A stretch of 62,940 nt of DNA, filler included, from Octopus bimaculoides (GCF_001194135.2; 5 parts of 4 records of this genome joined end to end with filler, not necessarily neighbours in it); one strand, 5' to 3'. Counted from the whole stretch's first letter, positions 1 to 11,459 are shown. A program made the numbers and translations. Notes: generated from the sequence alone by a model not told the origin.

Positions 1-145
1 GAATAAATTTCAATGAGTATTACTTACTCGGGTATAGTCCAACCCTTTGTCAGCTATATTTGGGCTCCATGCGATGTCTTTATTTCCGATGTTTTTGGAT
101 AAGTTTCGGAGCAGTGATTTATCGTACTCACATGTTAAACTTCCC

Positions 146-210
146 CATCATCATCATCATCATCATCATCGTCGTCGTCATCATCATCATCATCATCGTC
201 ATCATCATCA

Positions 211-256
<46 letters not shown>

Positions 257-263
257 CATCATC
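146..263. repeat. Compound (CAT)n/(CGT)n/(TAT)n microsatellite
   Basis: Directly visible; accounts for the poly-H/Y/I/N/D ORFs at 47-338. Confidence 0.95.
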
Positions 264-281
264 GTTAGCACGTCGGGCGAC

Positions 282-3200
282 AATTCTCTTTTCAATACGC
301 GTGACATACCAGTTAAAACATTCTTGCATGGATGCTAAGCAGAGATCATTCTCAAATAATTTTCAGTTACTTTTTTATCATTCCAAGTTCTCTTACAATC
401 ACTGGTATTGGAACGACCTTCAGATGCCACAGTTTTTCGGTTTCAATGAGCAAGTCTTTATATTCTGAGCTTGTCAAATTCTTTTGCTGAGATATTATGA
501 TCACAAGGAATGCTCATGTCAATCAGTAAACAGACTTTGTTATATCCGGTTTATTAGCTTTGGTGGTTCCGTCTGTATGTACTGAAAAGTCCCAAAGAAT
601 CATTGCATTTTCTCCCTCAGTTACAGCCATTTGTCAGCAATTTTGATTTTATAATGCCGACATTAGCTAACTCTGTCATGTCTTGATTCATACTCTATAG
701 GTGTTAAAACTTTGCATCAAGGGACTAGGTGGTCCATTGTTTCAATCTCCATTTTTCATGACATTAGCTTGGTAGTTCTGGGTCAATAAGCTCTGATCTT
801 GAGCAAGTAAGATGAAGCCTTCGCTCTCTGCCTTTAGCCCTAAGCTCCGTAGCCACTGATGGGTGCCCTTCTGGTCCACATAATCTTGTTTACTACGGGC
901 TACCTATTTGCCATGCAGAGGATTTTGTTTCCACCTCTCAACCAATTGTTCATTGGCTTTTTTTCTTTACAATTGATTTTACCTCTTTGCGACAATAGTT
1001 GCCGCACTTCCATCATGCTGTTCAACCTGGGTAATTTTTTGCTCTTCTTCATGTCAGATTGAATCTTCTTACGCCCCTCGTGATTTTCAACGAGTTTTAA
1101 CATCCAGTCGTTAGATGTTTCAAGATATTTGGCCGGTCCAATTATGGTGGTTTTGTAAGAGATTTCAAATTGGATCAGGCCTCGACCTCTTTCGGCTCTG
1201 AGAAGGTGAAGATGATCTGCGTCTGCCTTTGGGTAGAGCAACTTATTGCAAGTCAGCAGATTATGTATTTTCCAGTCAATTTTCTTTACTTCGCTGATAT
1301 TCCAGTTCAACACATTGAAACTATAAATAAGAACTTGAACTGCTAAGGAATTTATGGCTAACACCTTGTTAGGTGCATTTAGCTCAGATTTCTGGACTGT
1401 TCGAACTCTCCTGTAATATTCCTTTCTGATCTTCTCTTTCATACTTGCATGCTAAATGGCAAAGCCTTCATTTATTCCGAGGTTTTTGTAAGTTTGTTCC
1501 TGCTCAAAGTCCTTTATAACTGTGTCAACACGACTGAATTTCAGGTTTTCAATTTCCCTTTCTGGAAAGTGGCCTTGGTACATTTATCAAAACCAAATTC
1601 CATCCTGATGTCATCACTGAATGCTTTCACAGTACATAATAGTCCTTCAAGCTCATTATTGTCTTTGTCATGGTTTTAAGTCATCCATATAAAATAGATG
1701 GCTTCTTTTCCTATTGTCAATTTTATACCCATACCATGTTCTGTTAAGTTCACTTGTAAAAGGTATTAGGGCTATGTAAAAATTAGAGGTGGAAATGAGT
1801 CATCTTGGAAAACGCCACAGTTGATGTTAATATCGTTTGAAGACAGTATTAAAGTAGTATCCTTGGAGATTCGTATTCCACACTGACATGTTATGCTTCA
1901 GGAATATAGAAATTACAGAAGAAATTTTCAAGATGTCCAGCGATTTCAACATCCATCCATGCGATATACTGCCAAAGGTCTTTTTATAATCAATCCATGC
2001 GAAACTGAGATTCCTGCTTTTGTTACAACAGTTCATGAATAAGAGTTGAATAAGAGTTGATCTTTGCATCCATATGAGCCTCGTCGGCATCCTTTCGTTT
2101 CAATGGGGAAAATGTTCTGTTCCATAAATGCGTAGATTTTCTCCGCCAGGATGGATGTTGAGATTTTATGTGGTAGATAAATAGGTTATGGGTCGATAGG
2201 TTTTTTGAAATTTGGTTTCATTATTCTTTGGAAGTAGGTAAGTAATACCACTTGCTAACCAATCTGATAATTTCATTGAAAAGCTGAACTAATTTTTCGT
2301 GTACGCACGGGAGCGTACACTATCTTTACCGGAAGATTTCCACTTACGAGTTTTCGTGAATGTCATCTTTAGGTCTGCTATTTTGATGTCTTCCTATGCT
2401 TGTTGTGGTAAATTTTCGTAGGATCCTTCTGTGCGTCTAATCCAATCTGCATTTTCATTGTATGTCTTTTCATCACGCCAAATATTTTTTCAAAAGTTTT
2501 TAACTTCTTCCATGGCAGGGGTGTCTTCAACGGTTATTTTCTCCCTCCCTATTTTTCTGTAGAATGTTTACGCATTGGATGTGAACAGCTTATTTTACTT
2601 ATAAAACTCGTTTCCCTTCTCAAATTTTCGCATTTCTGTGAGCTTTTGCTTCGACTTATTGTTTTAGTGATCCTTTTGTTGAAAGCAGTTCTCTTGGAGA
2701 GAATCTATGTTTTTCTCTTCATCTTTCTTCCCTTTCTGGATCTTACATCGTTTCCACAGATTAATTAATTTAATATTGATATCTCACTTCTCACAATCTC
2801 TTTTTCAATTTTACTTCTCCAGTTTGGAATTATTTCTAGGTTTGGTTTCTTTTGTTTTTTCGGAGGCATTCAATTGGTTTCAATTGTCTTAGCAGATACG
2901 TAAATAGTTTCATTTAACTCAGTAAGACCAGGTTTTAATTCTTGTATGATTTCTTTTGTTACATAGTTACCAATTTTAATTTGCTTTTTATTTTGGTTTA
3001 TATTTGAGAGTTTATGAAGTGGTTCTCTTGTAATGCATACTTGCACGTCTTACAACTGCAAGCTTATTCAGGATTTTCTCTTTCTTTTCTATCATAGAAT
3101 CTCTTTGTTCTTCAGCAAATGTGTGGTCGGCAAATACTGTTTATTTACCACTTTCCTGACTTTCTTTATCAGGTTCATTACAATTTATTTCTTCAGGCTT

Positions 3201-3690
3201 TTGCGTGTTTTTGGTCAGATGGCAGTCTTTCAATTAAGGCACGTGAAGGGATGTTCTCTTCATTTCCTTGCTTGATCGTGATTATTCCACTACTTGTGAG
3301 TTTTATTATTTCTAAAGATATCCCTCTTAACACTTGCTGACTTGTTTTCGTCCAAGTAGGGTCTGCTGTCTTGATTTCGTGTTCTCCATATTTGATAAGA
3401 GTTTGTGGTGTGTCTCTCTAGAGATGGCCTACAAAATGCATAGTCATAAGCGTATATTACATCTTAATACTCTTCTCGGGTTCATTTGATCCGCTTACAT
3501 TTTTCTTTCTGTGATAACTGTGGTGGTGAACTTGGAAGGCTCGAGCTGGAACAGTTCTGGCTCAAATGACCAACCAGGTTCGTATGTACCAGTGGATGAC
3601 TTTTCAACCCCAGGCTGACTCTCTCCTGGGGGACGCGCTTCCAGATTAAGACAAGCGATTTGGTGTACTGTTTAAATTTTTCCTTTTGTT
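282..3690 (-). mobile_element. Near-full-length degenerate non-LTR retrotransposon, R4/Dong-like (RT + CCHC + RLE endonuclease)
   Basis: Minus-strand motifs in canonical order: KGCRRGSYGCKDQL (~2060-2100), WIDYKKTFGSISH, CGVFQDDSFPPLIF, HLFYMDDLK (YMDD 1680-1691), HLHLLRAERGRGL, GFILLAQDQSL, ETMDHLVP*C...RHD, ILWDFSVHTD...NKPDI...LLIDMSIPCD...YKDLLIE.EKLW. Many stops and frameshifts; the 5' boundary is approximate. Confidence 0.88.
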
Positions 3691-4375
3691 TCGTAAGACA
3701 TTTTTGTGCTATATTAGTAGTATTATTAGTATCGAACCCTGTGTGGCTGATGTAAAAACGTTTATTATCTCTAACATTATTGTTAACTCCACCATTATTA
3801 CCGCTACTACGCTATTACAGCAGCAGTGGCCATCGTTGGTTACCATCGCTACTGACGCAGTCTCTATCCTTACGGCCACCTTTTGTAGCTGTTATCGTCG
3901 TTGTTATGAGCTGCTGCCGGGAACGGACAGAATTAAGTTAAGTCTGCTGTCTTTTCTCCGACTACTGGATAGTATTATTAAATGTTGTTTAGTTTCGACA
4001 TTTGCCTTGTACTTGAGACAGTCATATATACATGAGGGTTGGGGGATAGTAGAAGGAAAAGAAGCAGCTTGGTGGTCACACTGCCAAATACCACCAGTCT
4101 GTAAATAGGTTCAGCAGATGCTGACAAAGAGATCAACAATAGACAGTCACACCCTTGCGAGTTCAACAAAGGAGCGATCACACGCATGCGGTTAATAGAG
4201 GTCAAATATGTGTTTACTGCCACAACAATCAATGAGAACGGTGGGGGACCTTGGAGAGAACCAACTCACCTTGTTCTATTTTAATTACTGATCGAAAAAA
4301 TATATGTATAAGCATACACCAGGAGGTTTTATGGGCGTACGTGTGTGCGCATGCATACATGTATATGCATTTGTA

Positions 4376-5720
4376 TTGGGTTGGCAACTTAGTTCCCGCC
4401 GCTTTTTAAATTCTGGAATTTATTGCGTTTTTAAATTTTGGAATCTATTTTTTTCAAGAATTCTATTTTTGAATCATTTTGGAATCCTTTTTTTTTTTTT
4501 TGTTTTTCCTAGTTAATTTTAGTTAATTTTCGTTTATTTTCAGATCGTTAAAAGTGCAATGTTAAGTAAAGAAAAGCGGGCATTTTCGACACCTTCTTTT
4601 TGCTTTTAATCGGATCTTTCTGATTTGACGGGCGCCACTTGTTTTCTTAACGAAACACTTTCAAANNNNNNNNNNNNNNNNNNNNNNNNNNNNNNNNNNN
4701 NNNNNNNNNNNNNNNNNNNNNNNNNNNNNNNNNNNNNNNNNNNNNNNNNNNNNNNNNNNNNNNNNNNNNNNNNNNNNNNNNNNNNNNNNNNNNNNNNNNN
4801 NNNNNNNNNNNNNNNNNNNNNNNNNNNNNNNNNNNNNNNNNNNNNNNNNNNNNNNNNNNNNNNNNNNNNNNNNNNNNNNNNNNNNNNNNNNNNNNNNNNN
4901 NNNNNNNNNNNNNNNNNNNNNNNNNNNNNNNNNNNNNNNNNNNNNNNNNNNNNNNNNNNNNNNNNNNNNNNNNNNNNNNNNNNNNNNNNNNNNNNNNNNN
5001 NNNNNNNNNNNNNNNNNNNNNNNNNNNNNNNNNNNNNNNNNNNNNNNNNNNNNNNNNNNNNNNNNNNNNNNNNNNNNNNNNNNNNNNNNNNNNNNNNNNN
5101 NNNNNNNNNNNNNNNNNNNNNNNNNNNNNNNNNNNNNNNNNNNNNNNNNNNNNNNNNNNNNNNNNNNNNNNNNNNNNNNNNNNNNNNNNNNNNNNNNNNN
5201 NNNNNNNNNNNNNNNNNNNNNNNNNNNNNNNNNNNNNNNNNNNNNNNNNNNNNNNNNNNNNNNNNNNNNNNNNNNNNNNNNNNNNNNNNNNNNNNNNNNN
5301 NNNNNNTGGCTTCCGGATACTTTAAGTAATAACAACAAAAATCAACGATCCACAATCTCCGCTGGTTTGCTTGCTCGTCACCGCTCAACTCATGGATACA
5401 AGCAACGATTTCTTTACCGAATCGTTACTGGCGACGAAAAATAGTGCCTGTACATCAATATGAAGCAGCGTAAGGAATGGCTTAGCGCCGGTAAACAAGC
5501 GACACCGCACGTGAAACAAGATCTTCATCCGCGTAAAACGATGTTGTGCATATGGTAGGACTGAGAAGGGCTTATCCATTACGAATTACTTGAACGGAAC
5601 CAAATGGTCAACGCGGAACTCTATGTTCAGCAGATGGAACGACTCAACACGGCTATTCAAGAGAAAATACCTAATCGGCAGCATGGAGTTCTTCTGCTGC
5701 ATGACAACGCCCGCCCTCAT
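4376..5720 (+). mobile_element. Mariner transposon, 5' part (TIR plus transposase up to the second catalytic D), with an internal N gap
   Basis: TA followed by TIR TTGGGTTGGCAACTTAGTTCCCGC at 4376. N-terminal HFRHLLFAFN-like text at ~4580. From 5307: WLPDTL...RIVTGDEK*CLY...DLHPRKTMLCIW*D*EGLIHYELL...LLHDNARPH (ends 5720). Confidence 0.9.
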
Positions 5721-5721
5721 A

Positions 5722-7321
5722 TACAAAAAACATACAGGCGTTGGTTGGTACATGGCTAGATTCATATACAATTCAATCATATACAATTCAATCATAGAAC
5801 GATGGGTCACACAGTGTTGTTTATTAACTCGTTTTAGATAGATCCAAGTGCTTTCCACTTGTTGGGTATGGGTCCCATCTTTCAAGTTAAGAAATTCAAC
5901 ACTGTGGTTCACGATTCTATGTTCAAAATGGTATCCCTCAATTTCAGAGATATGTAAATATGCCTTCCACAAGTCACTGAAAATTGTGGTTCCTGGGAGA
6001 ATGGAATGTTGTATGCACTCTTCCAGTGTGTCATGATTCCAGCTGGGAACAGTGTAGAGAAAAACTTCTGTGGTCTCGCGACACACTCTACCGAAGACCC
6101 ACTGCTCAGTAGCACCCTTCCTTGGTTGTATTTGCATCTTGAAAAGACTGTTCAGTGATTTTATCACCAGTCTAGTGAAGGGGTCACTGGTGTGGTAAGT
6201 TCACTATCTTCATAGCTAATGTGTAGCTATGGCCCAATGGAGTGTTCACAGTCTGGTTGAAGTGATGGCGTCGGCGGTAGCAGTTTGTTGATACTGTGTC
6301 TGTGTGTTCATTCAATAGACAGACGGACAAAACTCAACCTTGTTCAATAGCAAAGTTTATTTACAGCAGGGGGTTATGTACAATGTTAATGTCTTGCCTA
6401 AGATTTCCTGTAAAGAAGTAAGTTGTGTTCTCGTAGAGATGTATAGTGTTTTATAGAGATGTCTCTGATCTGTTAACAGTAAATGAATGAATGCAAGAAG
6501 ACATTAGATGTACTTTGTATCTGTAGAAGTGTTTCTAGATAGCATGAAGATAATGGCATTGAGTTTGGTCTATTCTGCCAGCGTCTGTGGAAGAAGAATG
6601 TTCTTGTGTGAGAGAGGCCAGCGTAAACCATGATAGAGCAAAACAGCATGCCAGAAGTCCTTTGGAAGTGAAGCAAGGAAGTCAAGGAACTCAATTGAAT
6701 CATGAAGGCAGGCACATTATGTAAGAAGCAATCGGACATAGCAGAGAACACCTGTCTGAGGGAGCTAGTTAATTCAGCTAATCACAGACTGAGTAAAGCT
6801 GTAAACTGACAGTGTCACCTGAGCCTACCTTGAAGTCCAAAAATGCATGTTTTAACTAAAGTTAATACAGACATGCTACAACTGTTTCATCTATTCCAAC
6901 AAGACCACCTATCTAAACTGGGTTGTGGAGCAAGTCCTCCACAGACACTTCATGGACATAACTGTTGTAATCAATGGCCATGGAGTGGGACATTTCCAGT
7001 TCCTCCATACAAAAACGAACTGTGGTTAATTCCTTTACCCATGAGTACAAAAATAACAATATAATCCAAAGGGGAAGGGTACTGCCTTCCAGTCATGTCC
7101 TTGTCCTTACTGACAGGCATTCATTGCAACCATTGCAAATTCACCACCAGTACAAATTCCCATGAACCACTTTCTTATTCATGTTGTGCCTAAATTTTCT
7201 GCACCTCTCTTTTTTTAGGGATAACACCCTTTTCTTCCAAATAATTTACTGCATGCACCTCTGGTTTCAAAGTCTCCTTCGGAGTGGTACAATTAAATGA
7301 CTTGAATGTAAATGCAGTCAT
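5722..7321 (-). mobile_element. Merlin / IS1016-IS1595-like (ISXO2 domain) DDE transposase pseudogene, split by a solo LTR
   Basis: ATG at 7321, a Cys-rich N-terminus (NGCNECLSVRT) and IGGLVGIDET. After removing 6152-6880 it continues VFSRCKYNQGRVL-EQWVFG...PGTTIFSDLWKAY...HRIVNHSVEF...GTHTQQVESTW. All three putative DDE residues are present. Confidence 0.82.
6152..6880 (-). mobile_element. Probable solo LTR (729 bp) with ACTGT(T) target-site duplication
   Basis: ACTGT at 6147-6151 and 6881-6885 flanks the insert, and its removal restores the Merlin frame. The minus strand starts TGTAGC and has AATAAA at 6356-6361. The other end reads CTGA rather than CA. Confidence 0.62.
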
Positions 7322-7645
7322 TCCAAACAACAGTAAAACAGAAAAACTTCACAAAAATATATGAAAAATGTATGATGAAAGTATGATAAAATACAGATGT
7401 ATGATAAAATATAGATGAAAGATATATGAAAAATATATGAAATGAAAATTTTTTTATGAAATGAAAAACATTTTTTTGAGTTTTTTTTTTTCATACAGTT
7501 ACAAATTTGATATTTTTTCGTTTGGCATCCACTTCCAGGAACTCTATACATTTTCTTTTTCTTTCACTTGTGCATCTGGGTTTAATTATCTGTAGTGGCG
7601 TTGCTACTTGAAAAGCATCATATAACCATTCCATTGCACATTATT

Positions 7646-7734
7646 TACATTATTTTCATTCAACGGATATTTGTCCTCATCTTGTTTGTTGTTAACAAGA
7701 TAAGGACAAATATCCGTTGAATGTAAATAATGTA
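7646..7734. repeat. 41-bp inverted repeat (39/41 identical) with a 7-nt loop
   Basis: 7646-7686 is the reverse complement of 7694-7734 apart from two mismatches. Confidence 0.92.
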
Positions 7735-7829
7735 CATAATTCCTCATCTCTTAAACTGCATGACCATTCCATTGGTTCTTCCATTCTTTTGGGTTCGCTC
7801 TCAACGAATCTTTCTTTTTTTTTTTTTTT

Positions 7830-9420
7830 TTGGATGACCCATTTGTAGACAGAAACTTCTTCCATTAATAAATCAATGGAATTTTTTTGCACAGAAAATA
7901 ATTGCTAATACTTACTTTTCTATTTGGCTGTAGTTCCTTTCTGCTGGTAATAACGATAGTGATGCATGGGCTAATTTTGAAAAGAATGTCCCTCCTTTCA
8001 ATTTTGTGTACTTCCTCAGGACTCAGCAATGGTTAGTTATGTGAGCTTAAGCAATAGTTTAAATCCGTTGAAAAATTTGCACAAACTCATAACTTATTAT
8101 TTTTCTTTTTTATGTTGACTGTAGATGCTGCCCAAACTGAGCGGTCCATCTTCTCGATTATTCTTAGGCTTCCAAGTTCCTTACTTATCTGTTCTAGCAC
8201 CGTGAATGGTACATTGCCTTTTTGGCTTAAATACAAGTGTTGCACTTTGTTTTACAATTTTTGCCTCCGTATTCATGCAGCAGCCCAGTTCATCTAAGAA
8301 AACATCTGGAAATAAATATTTTATTTTTCGTTTCAATCCCTCATCCATATTTGAACCTTCGACTGAACCGACTATATTCCCAACAAAACGCTTATAGGCA
8401 TATTCCACAATTTGAACAGTTCCATCCACTCTGTGCCAAATAGATTAACTGAACTTTTGAATATATATACTGGGTTGGCAACTAAGTTCCCGCTGTTTTT
8501 TAAAATTTAACTTTTGACTCAAAAAGCTCACAGTTCTGCATCAGCATTGAACAAAACTCCCCGCATAGCATTTGAAGGAGCTCGAAAGAGGTGGAAATCC
8601 GTTGGTGCTAAATCAGGAGAGTACCGAAACATTTCACTCTCTTAAATGGGCAGTTTTTTCTCAGGTGTAGACCTCCACATGCAAAACATAGGTTTGTTTC
8701 CTGACTTTTGCCCTATATGCATTGTATTAAAATACTTGCTTGATTTCTATTTTGCCTGTTTTGTATTTTCACTTGGATTTTCACGTGTTTCATTTGGGAG
8801 CAATCTTTATGTTCAATTTTCTCTGTGTCGTGCCTTAGATTTACTATTCTTTCACACTTTTCTGACAATTGTTGTAAGGTTACAGCTTGGTTTTGTTCCA
8901 GCTTAGCGAATATTCTTATTCTTACTTCTGCGTCTTTTTCTGCAGTTAGTCCCTGAGTAAATATCGGACGTTAACTCGTCTGGCGTTAACTCGTCTGGCG
9001 TTAACTCGTCCAGTTTGAACTTTTCATATTCTCTGTTAACTCTACCAGCATATGTGATGTAGTCCTCCTTCTAGGTTCAAACATTTCCAGCGTGTATTGA
9101 ACAACGAGCTTTTCTCCCTAAAAATTTCACACAGTATATTTATTGTATTTCTAAAGTTTATGTCAGAAGGTTTTTTCCAGGAGTATGTAATTGCTGTAAT
9201 GCTCATGTTCTCCTGCTGCCAGTTTTCTTAGGATTAGATGCGTTTTCATATCGTCGACCCAATCTTAGCACTTTTTATTGAAAGTTTGTTTGTATCTTCT
9301 TTAGTACACCTCGAAGGTAACTCCTTCATCTGGTTCATATTTAAATTCCGTTATCGAGTTTGCAACATAATCTGGTGAGAGCATCTTTTCAGCATTTTTT
9401 GGACAACTTGCTATTCATTA
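7830..9420 (-). mobile_element. Gypsy/Ty3 LTR retrotransposon internal remnant (gag, protease C-terminus, partial RT, RNase H), internally deleted
   Basis: gag: SITEFKYEPDEGVTF...LILRKL...EKSSLFNTRWKCLNL, IFTQGLTA, zinc knuckle CFACGGLHLRKNCPF (~8640-8690). Protease end NLFGTEWMELF; FPDVFLDELGCC...VFKPKR; RNase H AHAS..L.PAERNYSQIEK*VLAIIF. Confidence 0.85.
8470..8625 (-). mobile_element. Mariner 3' fragment (YSPDLAP to right TIR) inside the Gypsy remnant
   Basis: Minus strand YSPDLAPTDFHLFR (YSPDLAP 8603-8623). TIR CTGGGTTGGCAACTAAGTTCCCGC at 8470 follows TA and is nearly identical to the TIR at 4376. Confidence 0.88.
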
Positions 9421-9739
9421 ACTCAAGCAAACCGCTTTCTTTCTTCACAAAACTGGAATGAAGCGGATATGATTGATCAATCAGTAAGCATCAAATGAAC
9501 ATGATGAAATTGGTAGTGATAATGATAGTAAAAGTTATGTTATTAAAAATAATGATAATGACAGTGGTAAAAGTAGTAATGATGATGGTAATAATAATAA
9601 TTATATCTAGAGTAATGGAAATATTGATAAAGAAAATGAAGATAAAATGAAATCTGAAAAGAGAATTAATGGTCCTCAATTCAAAGTAGGAAACTGTTTC
9701 ATGGAGAATAGTTTAAATCATTGACTATAAGGAAACAAT

Positions 9740-11045
9740 AATTTTTCTTTGTACATAGATTTGGTGTATGGAAAAACCTTTACAATACACATGACGAGCT
9801 TCATATGTAGGATGAATCAGACAATTGGAATACCTGCTGATTTGCTGCACATCAGATTTAAGCTTCTAGTTTCAATATTGAAAACATCAATTTCATCACT
9901 GAAAATACCATATTACCAGTCGTAGAATATTCATTATCAGGCAATGTGATGTGTGTAATTGACCAGCTTCAAATGGAGGATATCCAGAATGGATATCATT
10001 TTGATGGGAAGGTATTGTTCTACTAGCCAGTTAACATTATCCCAAGAGGAACTAGTAGTGACATTGTAGAATTATGCATCAAAAGTTCTCCATTGTGGAG
10101 ATACAAGAAATCAAAGGTGATGAAAAAGAAAGAATTCCAATGAGAAGAAAAAAATGAGAGTGATCAAACTGCTCTACTAAACCGATAAAATAATACTGAA
10201 AATATAAGATTATTTGGTAAAAATGAGGGCAAGATTCGTATCTCTCACAGTGAACAACTATATATAATGAAGACAAAACTTAACCTCATAGCTGTAAACC
10301 TTCTGGACAAGAATAATTGTAACGGCATTGGTAATAGGTTTTAACTAACAGGGCTGGGTTTCATGATGACACACTTCCCATATGAAATGATTGCCAGTAA
10401 AGATATTGTAAGTAACATTTACAAAGATGCAATCAACTCCAAAAATGATGAGCAAGGTATCGTACACCTTGCTCATCATTTGAATGTACTCAATAAATGA
10501 AGAGATTAAAAACTTAATACTGACATTGTAAAACTGGTGTAACAAAAGAATATAAAAGTAATAATTCTCTGGTTGATGATGATGAGACTTGAAATTTCCC
10601 TGTGGAATTTATATGTCAGCAAAATCCATCTGGAATGTCACGTCAAATTTTAAAAATGAAGGTAGACACCATTTTGTCATTAATATTTAAATTTAATCCA
10701 CAAAAGGTTTATTAAATGGAACACACATAACAATTCAAGAACTTACATTCACTCCCCACATGTGAGAATATTTACTGGTAGCTATAAAGGAGACTGAGTT
10801 TTCATTCCATGCATTGATTTGATACTTAACAAGACAAATTTACCTTTTCAGTTTAATCTTCTTTGTAATAGAACTAAATAAATCTAGTCTTTTATTATTG
10901 TAGGAAAGTATCTGACAGAGCCTGTATTTGGTCATGGACACTTTTATGGGAGTCTAAGTGGGAGAAAAAATCAATAACAAGTGAAATGACAGATTTCACC
11001 TCGAGTTTTCACAAAAGAGTGTTTTCTATGGTAAAATATATGTAT
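9740..11045 (+). mobile_element. Helitron Rep/Hel PIF1-type helicase remnant
   Basis: Walker A-like GKTF (~9770), IPRGTSSDIVELCIKSSPLW (10039-10098), NFPVEFICQQNPSGMSRQILKMKV (from 10593), KGLLNGT (10703), EPVFGHGHFYGSLS (10918-10959). Heavily frameshifted; no CTAG terminus found. Confidence 0.82.
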
Positions 11046-11164
11046 GATGCAAATATTGACTTTTGTTTAGTTAACTGAAATGCTGAAAATGAATTTATGG
11101 GGCAAAGAGGTGATTATAACAAATTTTCATTTTAGGAGAGTTAACTAAATTTGGATACAATAAG

Positions 11165-11455
11165 TGCAACCATGGTTCTGTGATTAAGAATTTCTCTTCA
11201 TAACCACGTTGTTTAAGATTCAGTCCCACTGTGCAATAGTTTGGTTAAGAGTCTTCTACTATCATTGCCGGCTACACAATGTATTGTGAATGAATTTGGT
11301 CAGTGGAACTGTGCGTAAGCCAGTTGTATATATGTCTATTCATCTCTCACCACTTGACAAACTTGTGCTGGTTTGTTTTACATCCCCGTAACTTCAGGAA
11401 AAAGAATATGATAGAATAAGTTCCAGTTTTAAAATAGGTACTAGGGTTGACTTGA
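11165..11455 (+). mobile_element. tRNA-derived SINE family A, old degenerate copy
   Basis: Alignable by eye to the better copies at 30324 and 59944 (CAGTCCCACTG, TTTACATCCCCGTAACTT, GATAGAATAAG). Confidence 0.7.
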
Positions 11456-11459
11456 TTTT

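Noticed and set aside
3686-4108. 140-aa ORF
   Set aside because: Starts at TTG, the first half is decayed ATT/ACT triplet sequence, and there is no recognisable domain.
4168-4195. EFNKGAITRMR resembling a Tc1 N-terminus
   Set aside because: Too short, with no continuation or TIR.
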